Source of the DNA: Flavobacteriales bacterium
GTDB taxonomy: Bacteria > Bacteroidota > Bacteroidia > Flavobacteriales > CAJXXR01
Assembly: GCA_965243605.1 (NCBI GenBank)
Contig: CBDEVQ010000092.1
Coordinates: forward strand, 48,208 to 112,207
Direction of reading: 5' to 3'
DNA: 64,000 nucleotides
The position numbers and the translations under genes were made by a program. This document shows positions 47,492 to 58,890 of this stretch, in pieces. A model generated the notes under the pieces. The model did no database searches, was not told the origin of the DNA, and saw only the letters and a list, made by a program, of their open reading frames with translations. Within the stretch, counting starts at the first letter, position 1. Every line of letters starts with the position of its first letter.

Positions 47492-48331
47492 ATGACACAT
47501 TTAAAGAAAACATGGGTATGTATTTGTATTGGAATTTCAACCTTAAGCGTTGCACAAGATTTTAATGGAATAGCCACCTATAAGTCTAAGCAGAATTTTG
47601 AAATGGAAATTGATACTGCACAGATGCAAGGTATGGGGAGTCAAATCATGGATATGTTGAGAAAGCAATTTGAAAAAGAGTTTGTTTTAAAATTTAACCA
47701 ATATGAGTCTCTATATACGGAAGATAAAGAACTGGAAGCTCCTCAACCCGAAGGTTTGGTTCTAACGATAGAAGAAACAGGTGGTGCAGATCATATATAC
47801 AAAAATACCAAAGAAAAGCGATATGTTAATCAGAGTGAGAATTTTGGTAAGATGTTTCTTATAAAAGATAAGCTTGAAGATTTAGATTGGAAGTTGTTGA
47901 ACGAAACAAAAACGATTGGAGAATACACGTGTTATAAAGCTGTTTTAAAACGTGAGGTAATGGTTATGGAAGATCAATTACTGGTAAATCCATCAGAAGA
48001 TGAAAACAACGAACCTAAAACAGAGCTTAAGAAAATGGAGATTGTTGCCTGGTATACACCTCAAATACCTGTGAACACAGGTCCAGATTTATTCTATGGT
48101 TTACCTGGTCTTATCTTACAGGTGACCAGCGATGATAAAACGATGATATGTAGTAAGCTGGTTTTAAATCCAAAATCGAAAGTTGAAATAAAAGAACCTG
48201 TTAAAGGAAAGGTTATAACTCAAGAAAAATATAGAGTAGTTATGGAGAAAAAATTGAAACAAATTCAAGAAAATAGACCTGAGTTTGGTGATGGAGACGG
48301 AGAGTCTATAGAAATTAGAATAGGTCAGTAA
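47492..48331 (+). CDS. GLPGLI-family protein
   Basis: Signal peptide plus the eponymous motif YGLPGLILQV. The family is restricted to Bacteroidota. Confidence 0.85.
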   Translation: MTHLKKTWVCICIGISTLSVAQDFNGIATYKSKQNFEMEIDTAQMQGMGSQIMDMLRKQFEKEFVLKFNQYESLYTEDKELEAPQPEGLVLTIEETGGADHIYKNTKEKRYVNQSENFGKMFLIKDKLEDLDWKLLNETKTIGEYTCYKAVLKREVMVMEDQLLVNPSEDENNEPKTELKKMEIVAWYTPQIPVNTGPDLFYGLPGLILQVTSDDKTMICSKLVLNPKSKVEIKEPVKGKVITQEKYRVVMEKKLKQIQENRPEFGDGDGESIEIRIGQ

Positions 48332-48363
48332 TATCCATTAATAACACGATTAATATTATCTAT

Positions 48364-51046
48364 ATGAAAGCCTTACTTCTTTTTTTTATACTACCATTAC
48401 AGTTGTTTGCACAAGTTCGGTTATCCGGACTTGTGACAGATAGCTTGAACAATCCTTTGGAATTAGCCAATATTATGGCCATAAATGAAGATACCGATGA
48501 AATTGATGCATTTGGGGTATCTAATTCGGAAGGGAAGTTTATTTTAGAACTCCACACCAATGCCAATTACATGCTTAAAATAAGCTATGTAGGTATGAAA
48601 GAACTACAAGAGCCAATTAAAACAAATACAGAATCCATAGAGCATACCGTTGTTTTAAAAGAGGACTCTAGACTAAAAGAGCTTGAACTTGTTTATGAAA
48701 TGCCAATTACCATCAATGGAGATACATTAACCTATAAAACGGATGCGTTTACAAATGGTACCGAAAAAAAATTAGAGGAAGTATTGGATAAGTTACCAGG
48801 GGTTGAGGTTACCGAAGACGGTGAGATTAAAGTTGAAGGAAAAACCGTTAACAAAATAATGGTTGAAGGAAAAACCTTTTTTGATGGAGATACTAAACTG
48901 GCAACAAAAAACATTCCTGCAGACGCTTTAGAAAAGGTTGAGGTGTTAAAGAATTTTACTGAGGTGGGTATGATGAAAAACCTTGGGGGAAATGAAGATA
49001 ATGTAGCTATTAATGTAAAGTTAAAAGAGGGTAAAAAGAATTTTGGTTTGGTGAAATTACAGCAGGGGTAGGACCGGATAATAGACATTTAATACACCCA
49101 AATTGTTTTACTATAGCCCAAAATACAGTGTGAATCTTATTACGGATATTAATAATATTGGAGAAATTCCATTTACGATAAACGATTATTTTAAATTTTC
49201 GGGCGGATTTAGTGCCTTAAATTCTGGAACGTCATTAAATTTTAACGATCCGGCCTTGCAGTTTTTAATGGCGCAGAATAACCGAGCTAAGTCCGTAGAT
49301 ACAAAATTTGGCGCGCTTAACTTAAATTATACACTACGTAAAGATCTAGATTTAAATGGGTTTTTAATTTTATCTGACTCTAAAACAACCTTAAAGGAAG
49401 AGAGTCAGAGAACATATTTTTCGTCATCATTGCCAGATGAAACAACCAATAGTGATGTCTTGCAAAATAACACATTGGGCCTTTTAAAACTATCGTTAAA
49501 ATACGAGCCCAATTCAAGTTTATATATGACATACGAAGCCTTTGGAAAACATTCTGAGCAAAAACAGGACAATCTATTTGTATCTTCGGTATACAACCGA
49601 ATAGAAGAAACGCAACGCTTAAATCCGAAAAGCCTTAAACAAAACATCGGGTTATATAAATCCTTTTCGACCAAAGATATTTTGTCCTTTGAATTACAAC
49701 ATACCTATAAAGACGAAGATCCATTTTACAATGCCATACAACAACAATCAGGTCTTTCTCAATTTGTAAATGTATTACCTATAGATACTAATCAGAATGC
49801 CTATAGATTAAATCAGGATAAATTTGTGAAAACCAATAAAATAGATGTTAAATCAAAATATTGGTACATATTAAACAAAAAAAGTAATATTAGTACAAAT
49901 GCAGGATTCTCAAGAAGTACTCAGAATTTTAATACCCGCCTATACCAAACCTTAGATGATTTAAGCGTAAAACCCTTAGGCTCAGAAGGTGTTAAGAGTG
50001 TAAACGCGGTAGAGTATACGATTAACGATGTGTATTTTGGGGCGCAATACCGTTTAAAAGCTGGAATATTCACCTTACATCCTGGTGTTAATGTACATCA
50101 CTATCAAGTTGAAAACAACCAAAATAACATTGAAACGGCTCAAACATTTAATCGTATCCTTCCAAGCATGAACCTTAGATTGCAGTTTAAAAAATCTGAA
50201 CATATGACATTAAGGTATTCTGCACAAAATCAATTTACAGATATAAATACCCTTGCCGAAGGTATAATCTTAAACAGATACAATAGTTTATACCAAGGGA
50301 ATAAATTATTAGAAAGTTCATTAAATCATGTTTATTCAATTGGGTACTTTAATTTTAATCAATTTAGTTTCACCAATATATTTGCCAACGTAAATTATAC
50401 CAAAACCGAAGATCCAATTTCTATTAATACAATGTTTTTAGGGAATGCAGAGCAGGCAGGGCTAGATCAGATAGGAGGTCCGCTAAATTCTAATTTTGCA
50501 AACGAAAGTTTAAATGCAGATATCAATATAGAAAAAACAATACGTAAAATTAAAGGTCGTTTAGAAGGTCGATTTTCTTATTCTAAATTCAATCAATTCT
50601 TAAACGATGAACGAGAAGTGAATGAATCCTTAAATCAGAATTATACAATAAGTCTGAAAACAAATTTTAGAAAACGACCAAATTTGGAAATTGGGTATCA
50701 AGTGAATATAGATCACTATCATCAAGTTGGTAGAGTATCTAAGTTTTATAATCACCAACCCTATGTAAAGCTAAAAGCCAAATTCTTAAAATCGTTTCTA
50801 TTACATATAGATTATACCCATTATACGTATACGGATGAACATACCGTTTTGAATCGATATGGTTTTTTAAATGCAAATTTAAGTTATCAGAAAAAAGATG
50901 CTAAACTAGAATATAAATTTCAGGTTTCTAATATCTTAAACAATACATCCATTAATTCTAATAACTCTAATGCTTGGAACACGTCTACCACTTGGTTTTA
51001 TGTGCAACCTCGATACATGGTATTAAGTGCAACGTATCATCTATAA
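48364..51046 (+). pseudogene. Outer-membrane beta-barrel / TonB-dependent-receptor-like gene (CarboxypepD_reg N-domain) broken by two 1-nt frameshifts
   Basis: ORFs 48364..49071 and 49103..51046 are the two ends of one gene. The 20-codon bridge FWFGEITAGVGPDNRHLIHPN is open only in the third frame (49041..49103). The frame changes sit at the T-run 49041..49044 and at 49103/49104. Confidence 0.8.
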
Positions 51047-51229
51047 AGAATAGCAGGAATACAAATTCCTGTTATTTATATCTAATTGCTTATTGTATTA
51101 ATAGGTTGTGGTATATGCGAATATTAATGGGATATAAGAATCTGAATGCGTTAGTGTTATTTTTATCTTAAATTGCAGATCAATCATTACAATCATTATA
51201 TATTTGTGCCATTAATAGGATTCTTTATT

Positions 51230-54200
51230 ATGAAAAAATCAATATTTATCTTTTTTATAATCTTTTGTGTTTTTCAGAAATACGAAAGTTATGGACAGGC
51301 ATTAAATGGAATATATACCATAGGAGGAACTACTCCGGATTATACCACGATTAATGATGCTGTTGAAAGTGTGGAAACGAATGGAATAGATGGCAATGTG
51401 ATCTTTAATATTCGATCTGGAGTTTATAATGAGCAAATACGGATTAATACATATAGTGGAAGTCCCCAATTTAATGTTGTTTTTCAATCTGAATCAGGAA
51501 ATTATTCGGATGTTATTGTAAAACATACCCATACTTCGGCATTAGAAGATGAAAACTATACCTTATTTATTGATGGAGCTGACCATTTAACGTTTAATGG
51601 AATCACCTTTCAAGCCACACCGTCCACAACGAATAATACGCAGTTATTTAGTAGAGTTTTATTTATTAATCAAAACTCTGATCACTTAACTTTTCTGGGA
51701 AATCACTTTAAATCATGGTATAGCATTTCGTTATCATCTCTTTTTGGACTTAACGATTGTATTTATATTTCTGATGAAGATAATGATAGTCTTCATTTTG
51801 AAGCAAATCTTGTTGAAGGAGGGTATGTTGGACTTCATCAAGAGGGAGGGAATAGTCAGGCTATTTTTAATCAAGATATTCAAGTAAACGATAATCAATT
51901 CATTAGTCAAAAAATGAAGGGATTAGAGATTGATCGTACTGAACATGTATTTATTTCGGGTAATATATTTAATTCAGTTAGATCTATTGGAATTCAAGTT
52001 GGTAATTGTGAAAAAGGTTTAGTTGTTAAGAATAATAAAATTGTTTTAGGATCTGGAGAGAAAGGAATTTCAATATTTGGTATTCCATCTGATCCCAATT
52101 ACTTTCAAGGTGTAGTAAATAATATGATTTACGATACTGAGAATCCAAATAATCCAGATGTTAAAGGAATCATCAGTTTACAAAATGATGCTTTACTTTT
52201 TGCATATAATTCTATCCAGGTTTCATCAAATTATTTGGGATCAGCTTGTTTATCAATTGTTGGTGGAGATTCAATCGTATTATACAATAATATATTATCC
52301 AATCTTGGAGGTGGAGTTTGTGTACGTAGTGTAAATACCAATGGAACTTTAATTTCGAATAACAATAATTATCATTATACAGGTTATGTACTCGCTAATT
52401 TAGATGGATCTAATTATTTTTCGGTTGATGACTTAATGGACATTGGAATTGATTCTTTATCATATAATGTAGATCCATTATTTTTATCTGATTCCATTTT
52501 AATTCCATTAAATAATCAATTATATGATTCTGGTAGACCAATTATTGACGTTCTAGATGATTATTTTGAAAATATTAGACCTGTTGATTCAACGAATATT
52601 GGAATTTACGAAGGTGATTTTCCACATGTAGATGTCGGTATTGAATCATCTACCTTAAACACAAATAATGGATGTGCAAACGATTCTGTACCTATATATG
52701 TATCTATTAAAAATTATGGAGATTCAGTATTAACATCAACTCAAATTATTTTAGACGCAACGGATACCGTAGTTTGGAGTGGTAGTTTAGCTCAATTTGA
52801 AATTGCTGATAGTATATTCTGTGGCTTTTTTGTTTATGAGGAAAGTTTAGATAGCTCATTTTTTATTAGGGTAGCAAACCCAAATGGTCAATCAGATATT
52901 CTTTCGTTTAATAACGTCTTACAGATTAATACTCAGTCAGCCATGTCTGGTCAATATACGATTGGAGATTCGTTAAAAGATTTTAGTTCGTTTACAGAAG
53001 CCATAGAACGTTTAATAGATAGAGGAGTATGTGGACCAACCATTTTTAATATAGATTCTGGAATTTATAATGAACAATTGATTATTCCAGAAATCATAGG
53101 CGCATCTATAAATAATACAATCACTTTTCAGTCTGCTGGTTTAGATAGTACATTAGTAGAATTAAATTATGCACATCTTAATAGTTGGACCAATTATGTT
53201 GTTTTATTAGATGGAACGAATTACATACACTTTAAGCATTTAACAATTAAATCTACAACCTCTCAAGGTAAAGTAGTAATTGCTAAAGGTTTTGCTGGTA
53301 ACAATGTGTTTGAACAAAACATAATTTCTGGTAATTCTGGAAATTTAATGGAATTTATTGCCAATAATCAAAACAAAATTAACAACAATCGAATTGCTAA
53401 TAATAGATTTATCGAAGGTGGTGTACAAATTTGGTTTAAAGGACCACAGCAATTCAATACCACTACCAATTCTGAGAATAATGAAATCTATGGGAATATA
53501 TTTGTTGGACCTTGTAATAAAAGTATAGATTTAACAGGACAAATAAATCCCACAATAATAAACAATGTATTTGAAGGCATTCGCTTAGGAGATAATATTA
53601 ACCTAAGCTACTGTTCAGGTATAATACATATAGATCGTAATGAATCATTTTCTAAAAGTTATGGGAACCATGCATTTTTAGCAATTAACCATGTACAAGG
53701 AACATCTATAAACCCGATCTTAATTAGAAATAATTTTATAATGCGTACTAATGGAGGGTATGATTCTGGAATCAGTTTGGCATCATCCTCGCATATAAGG
53801 ATTCTACACAATAATTTTAATATACTAGAAGGTGTCGATGATAGAGTTATCTTCTTTGGGAGTAGCTTATCTAACATAAGTATATTAAACAATGTTATGA
53901 AAGTTGCTGGTGGACATCATTTCTACTATTTTAGTCAGTTTGCCAATCCAAATGCAATTGTGTCAGATTATAATGTGTTTTACACCGATGAAAACCAATC
54001 TTTTAATTGGGAAGGAACAGGAGATTATACGCTAAATGGGTGGCAAAGTACATATCTACAAGACAGTAATAGTCTGTTTGCTACCATTATCTATGAGAGC
54101 GATACGAATTTGCACATTTCAAATTCCATAGCGTTTTATGGCAATGGTATACCATTGGATGATGTTCTTATAGATATAGATTTAGAGCCTAGAGATACGG

Positions 54201-54775
54201 CATTACCTTGTAGAGGAGCCGATGAGTTTGTTATTGATAATGCCACTTATGTAGATTTAGAATTAATTGATATTCTATATCCAGATGTAAATGCATGCTT
54301 ATCTACAGATTCGTTAAAAATTAGAATTCACAATAAATCCTTTATTCCAGTTAACACCTTCAATGTACGTTGGGTATTATTTGATCATACGACGGATACG
54401 GTAGAATTTACTCAAACTATTTTACCAGGAGACACTGCAGATTTTAATCTTGGAGCTTATAATTTTGTGGAAAATACGTTCTATAATTTCAATTTTGATG
54501 TCTTTAATATCAATGGAGAATCTGACGATTACTATAATGATAACTTTAAAGAAATAGAGTATTATTATCTTAATCAAATAAAGATTTATTCAGATGTGGA
54601 TGAGGAATGTAATACAGATACTGAATTATTTGTGAAGCGCATTCCAGGAGGACAAATTTTATGGTCTACTGGGGAAACTGACAATAGAATATATGTGACT
54701 TCTCCTGGAGTTTACAGCGTAACTGTAACACATGAGAATGGATGTATTGTAACCGATAGCATAACTATTTATTAA
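51230..54775 (+). CDS. Large secreted right-handed beta-helix repeat protein with two internally duplicated modules and no T9SS CTD
   Basis: I prefer the ATG at 51230 (MKKSIFIFFIIFCVFQKYESYGQ signal) to the TTG at 51173. The module openers LNGIYTIGGTTPDYTTINDAVE...IFNIRSGVYNEQI (51302) and MSGQYTIGDSLKDFSSFTEAIE...IFNIDSGIYNEQL (52943) are paralogous. Many PbH1-like coils are present. The protein ends in a small Cys module, WSTGETDNRIYVTSPGVYSVTVTHENGCIVTDSITIY. Confidence 0.85.
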   Translation: MKKSIFIFFIIFCVFQKYESYGQALNGIYTIGGTTPDYTTINDAVESVETNGIDGNVIFNIRSGVYNEQIRINTYSGSPQFNVVFQSESGNYSDVIVKHTHTSALEDENYTLFIDGADHLTFNGITFQATPSTTNNTQLFSRVLFINQNSDHLTFLGNHFKSWYSISLSSLFGLNDCIYISDEDNDSLHFEANLVEGGYVGLHQEGGNSQAIFNQDIQVNDNQFISQKMKGLEIDRTEHVFISGNIFNSVRSIGIQVGNCEKGLVVKNNKIVLGSGEKGISIFGIPSDPNYFQGVVNNMIYDTENPNNPDVKGIISLQNDALLFAYNSIQVSSNYLGSACLSIVGGDSIVLYNNILSNLGGGVCVRSVNTNGTLISNNNNYHYTGYVLANLDGSNYFSVDDLMDIGIDSLSYNVDPLFLSDSILIPLNNQLYDSGRPIIDVLDDYFENIRPVDSTNIGIYEGDFPHVDVGIESSTLNTNNGCANDSVPIYVSIKNYGDSVLTSTQIILDATDTVVWSGSLAQFEIADSIFCGFFVYEESLDSSFFIRVANPNGQSDILSFNNVLQINTQSAMSGQYTIGDSLKDFSSFTEAIERLIDRGVCGPTIFNIDSGIYNEQLIIPEIIGASINNTITFQSAGLDSTLVELNYAHLNSWTNYVVLLDGTNYIHFKHLTIKSTTSQGKVVIAKGFAGNNVFEQNIISGNSGNLMEFIANNQNKINNNRIANNRFIEGGVQIWFKGPQQFNTTTNSENNEIYGNIFVGPCNKSIDLTGQINPTIINNVFEGIRLGDNINLSYCSGIIHIDRNESFSKSYGNHAFLAINHVQGTSINPILIRNNFIMRTNGGYDSGISLASSSHIRILHNNFNILEGVDDRVIFFGSSLSNISILNNVMKVAGGHHFYYFSQFANPNAIVSDYNVFYTDENQSFNWEGTGDYTLNGWQSTYLQDSNSLFATIIYESDTNLHISNSIAFYGNGIPLDDVLIDIDLEPRDTALPCRGADEFVIDNATYVDLELIDILYPDVNACLSTDSLKIRIHNKSFIPVNTFNVRWVLFDHTTDTVEFTQTILPGDTADFNLGAYNFVENTFYNFNFDVFNINGESDDYYNDNFKEIEYYYLNQIKIYSDVDEECNTDTELFVKRIPGGQILWSTGETDNRIYVTSPGVYSVTVTHENGCIVTDSITIY

Positions 54776-54781
54776 AACAAA

Positions 54782-57451
54782 ATGAAACTAAACCAATTTT
54801 TAACCCTTAGATTATTCATGTTTTGTTTTATGTTGATATCAACAGGAATAGCACAACAGATTAAAGATAAAACCTATTATTTTGATCAAGCTCATGAATT
54901 TTTAAATTATATAGACGATTATAAGGAGCTTCCGGATGGAATTTTAATTGCTGGAAGAATCGGAACGTATTATAATTCAAATTCTGTAATTCTAAAAATT
55001 AATTTTAATGGTCAATTAATTTGGTCTACTAAAGATACAGCTCCTTTAGAATATAACATGAATGGTAAAATTGAATTTGAGGCCTTTGAAAGTCATCATG
55101 TTTATGGTATTTCCATAAGAGGGGATCAAAATTCAGATTACCATGCTGATGTGTGGAAACTTAATATGGATAATGGACGTTTTGAATGGTCGAATACATA
55201 TACAAATATTATCAATTGGGGATATGAAGTTTTAGATTATGATTCCAATTATTTGATTTGTGCTTTTCAAAATTCGGATGGGCATAAGTTAAGAGTACTC
55301 GATAAAGTGGATGGACACCTTGAAGATAGTACATCATTTGATGCGATTTATTTAACTTTAGATATAGAGAAAGATATAAATGGAAATGTCTACTTTTTAA
55401 CGGATAATGAATTAACCAAATTTTCTGGAAGACAATGGGATCAAGAGATTTGGAATCGATCTTATTCTCATTTAGATGTAGAATTAGGAAAATTACATGA
55501 ATTGTATATTGATAAATATGATGAGGTATATTTGTTTGGTGAAAGCGATTTTTCATCCAGTTATAGATCAGTAATAATAAAAGTGAATACCCATACAGGG
55601 TTCAGCCTTTGGGCAAAAAGGTTATATGGTATTCATAATAATTGGTTAAAAAGCTTTATTGATGACGCTGACAAATTATACACCACCTATCAAAATGAAA
55701 TTAATGGAAATGGATCGTTCAATTTAAAAGTTCTTGACAAACAAACGGGGCAAATAGAACAGGATACAATTTACTCTATTGAGGTCTTGGGAGATCCAAA
55801 TGGTCTATCTAATGGGGCTTCTGCATTCTCACTAGATAAAGATTGTAATGGAGATATTTATTTTACAGGCTATTATGGCGGTGGTAATAATGGACCTGGA
55901 GCATGGGGGATACTTAAAGTAGATGGGAATAGTTACAATAAATTATACGATTTAACCATAACTAAAGACTCTTTAAATGTTGATGGATCAAGTATAGGTC
56001 TAGGATGTCTTATTGTTGATGATGTTCCTATTTTCTTAGGTCATCAAGATAGTTCTCAGTCAGAAACACCAGAGGCACATATGGTTTCAATTGACCCTAC
56101 AGATGGACAAATTGAAATGAAAATTCATATTAGTGGAGAAAATTTAGAAAAATCTTTAGTTAAGGAATTAATACGAGACGAACATAATACATACACCTTT
56201 ATTCAAGAAGGTGCGTTTTTAACTATAGAGAAGTATAATAAATTTGAAAATATAATATGGGAGAATACCGTTTCTAATTCCTATTTTAATGCGGGACAAA
56301 TGGAAACAGACATCGATTATATGTTTGCAACGATGTATAACTTAAATAGAGATTCTATTGCTGTAAATAATAACAATGAGAGTTTAAATTGGATGCTCAT
56401 AAAGCAAATCGATCTTTTTTCTGGAGATGTAGAGTTTACAGATAGTATTCCTTTTAATGGGCAGAAAGGGTTTTCTTATGAAATAGAGGTTGACCAAGAT
56501 GAAGCCTATATCTTTTTCACAAGAAACGATTCAAATTATTGTGCTCGATGGAAAGAGGATACGATTGATTCTATTGTATTTTTAGAGTTATCTAGTGATC
56601 AGTTACTATACCAAGGACGTAAAGACCTTGTTTTAGAAAAAGATGCAAATACATATTTAACCTTAGGATCACAAAATGTGTATTCTTTAAATAAGGCAGA
56701 TATGACACTTACCAACACTTGGAATTACCCGACTGATAGAACTTATTATTATGGGAAAATACAAGGCGATTCATTATTTATGGTTGGTCATGATGTTAAT
56801 AATATGTCAATTGTAACGTGTTTAAACATAAATGGAATGACAGTTTTATGGGAAGAAATGTATGAGCAAAACGAGTCTTTATATAATCTGCAAATAGATA
56901 CGACCAATCATATATTTGTTACGGGGTTACAAAACAACGCATTAGTGATTAGAGAGATCGTTCCTCAAAATGGATCTTCTGTATGGGAATATGTTTCAAA
57001 TCCAATACTCGGATCAAAGTCCATTCCACATGATTTTATTTATAATAAGCATCAAAATAAACTCGTTGTTACAGGAACGAAGGACTATTTAAATGGGTAT
57101 TCTAATCTATTTATTTCTACCGTAAGTATTCAAGGCGATTTATTGTTTGATTATGAAGAAAATAATGGGTTGGAAGGTAGGAATTACGGGAATGCAATTG
57201 CCGTAGTAAATGATTCTATTACCTGGGTTGGAGGACAAATTCACACGATTTCTAAGCCAAAAAGTGGTGTTATTTATTCCATAGTAGATACATTGATAGA
57301 AGATAATACGTCTAACATTTCTCAAGTGGAATACGGAAGTAATAAGCATAATGTTTTTGTTTATCCGAACCCAACTTCTAAAGTATTACATATAGATGGA
57401 GTTGAACGTTTTGATTATATAATCCATGATAATATTGGGCGATTAATAGTA
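54782..57451 (+). pseudogene. Secreted beta-propeller-like repeat protein (BamB/PQQ-like W-containing repeats), 5' part; its T9SS CTD is interrupted by an IS element
   Basis: Signal peptide MKLNQFLTLRLFMFCFMLISTGIAQQ. The CTD begins VFVYPNPTSKVLHIDGVERFDYIIHDNIGRLIV, then reads into the IS end (WYFYLCW*, annotated ORF end 57475). Confidence 0.85.
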
Positions 57452-57507
57452 TGGTATTTCTACCTTTGTTGGTAGAGTAAGTTAAGACAAAACTTATTTT
57501 AGCAGTT

Positions 57508-57813
57508 ATGAAGAGAAGTACTTACGAAGAATCCTTTAAGTTAATGATAATGGATTTATACAAAGGCGGACAATCGATGTCTAGCTTATCGTCTGAATAT
57601 TCAATAAATTTGAATATGTTATATCGTTGGCGTCGAGAATATTTAAACCCAAAGCGTCCCAGTTTTACGGGCAGAGGCAATGCAGCTTTGACTGATGAAC
57701 AAAAAGAACTAAAGCATTTAAAAGAAAAATTAAAAGATGTAACCATGGAACGTGACATCTTAAAAAAGGCAGTAAGCATTTTCTCCAAGAAAGACAGAAC
57801 AGGTACGCTATAA
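57508..57813 (+). CDS. IS3-family transposase OrfA (HTH / leucine-zipper part)
   Basis: 101 aa with YRWRREY and a heptad Leu stretch. The slippery heptamer A AAA AAG lies at 57762..57768, in the zero frame of orfA. Confidence 0.9.
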   Translation: MKRSTYEESFKLMIMDLYKGGQSMSSLSSEYSINLNMLYRWRREYLNPKRPSFTGRGNAALTDEQKELKHLKEKLKDVTMERDILKKAVSIFSKKDRTGTL

Positions 57814-57815
57814 TT

Positions 57816-58682
57816 TTGGAATATTCAGCAACCTATTGTGTCGAGAAGATGTGTAAGTCTTTAAATATAAGTTCTAATGCGTATTATTCATGGAAACGTA
57901 GGCTAGATATAGAACGTTCTAGCATCACAATAGAATTAAAAGAGTCTATTCAAGCGGTTTATGCAGAAAATAGAGGATTGTACGGAGCTCCTAAACTCCA
58001 AAAAGCTCTAGAGAGAAAAGGTGTTTTTTACTCGAGGTCTTATATTTCTAGATTGATGAAAGAAATGGGGCTATATTCTAAGACACGTAGGAAATTTACT
58101 AATACAACGGACTCAAATCATAGTCATAGAGTAGAAGAAAATCATTTAGATCGGAATTTTGAGGTATTAGAACTTGGGAAAGTATGGGTATCGGATATTA
58201 CTTATATCAAAGTTAATCAGACCTGGCAATATTTAACTACAATGATTGATTTAGCAGACCGTAAGGTTGTAGGGTGGTCTGTAAGTTCTAATCTAACAGC
58301 TACAGATACTGTTATTACAGCTTGGAAACATGCGCGATTAAATCGAAATATAGAAGATGACTTTATATTACACTCGGATCGTGGAGTACAATATACATGT
58401 GATGATTTTAAACAGATTATTAACTTAAATACAAAAGCGAAACAATCTATGAGTAGAAAAGGAAATTGCTGGGATAATGCCGTTGCCGAGTCTTTTTTTA
58501 AAACAATTAAAACTGAACTATGCTACCTCATTACATTTGAATCTAAGAAACATTTGGAGACCGAAATCTTTAAATATATGAACTGGTATAATAACTCTAG
58601 ATTACACTCTACTCTAGACTACAAAACACCTACCGAAAAAGAACAAGAATTAAGATACAAACAAATTAAACGAGTGGCTTAA
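57816..58682 (+). CDS. IS3-family transposase OrfB (DDE/rve catalytic part), probably expressed as an OrfAB fusion by -1 frameshifting
   Basis: The orfB frame is open from 57756, which covers the A6G site. DDE residues lie in the contexts WVSDITYI, HSDRGVQYT and NAVAESFFKTIKTE. Confidence 0.9.
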   Translation: MEYSATYCVEKMCKSLNISSNAYYSWKRRLDIERSSITIELKESIQAVYAENRGLYGAPKLQKALERKGVFYSRSYISRLMKEMGLYSKTRRKFTNTTDSNHSHRVEENHLDRNFEVLELGKVWVSDITYIKVNQTWQYLTTMIDLADRKVVGWSVSSNLTATDTVITAWKHARLNRNIEDDFILHSDRGVQYTCDDFKQIINLNTKAKQSMSRKGNCWDNAVAESFFKTIKTELCYLITFESKKHLETEIFKYMNWYNNSRLHSTLDYKTPTEKEQELRYKQIKRVA

Positions 58683-58715
58683 CTTTTTCTACCAAATTTT
58701 GTAGGAATATCAGTA

Positions 58716-58832
58716 TCTGAATCGAATAAAAAAGAAAATATCATTAATGTTGAAAACCTATTAAATGGTACTTATATAATTGAAATTAGACATCAGAATT
58801 GGACTGAAGTATTTAAGTTTGTTAAGTTTTAA
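58716..58832 (+). pseudogene. Displaced 3' end (last 38 codons of the T9SS CTD) of the IS-interrupted gene 54782..
   Basis: It reads SESNKKENIINVENLLNGTYIIEIRHQNWTEVFKFVKF*, in frame with ...GRLIV once the IS and one copy of GTA are removed. Confidence 0.85.
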
Positions 58833-58890
58833 AGATTAGAGAATCAATATTAAACAATGGGTATAGACCTTAAATCTGTATAAATAATCG

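Larger units (their letters stand above)
57452..58712 (+). mobile_element. IS3-family insertion sequence (1261 bp) with imperfect terminal inverted repeats and a 3-bp target duplication
   Basis: Left end TGGTATTTCTACCTTTGTTGGTAGAGTAAG versus the reverse complement of the right end, TGATATTCCTACAAAATTTGGTAGAAAAAG (about 21/30 matches, TG...CA termini). GTA flanks both sides (57449..57451 and 58713..58715). It carries orfA and orfB. Confidence 0.9.
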
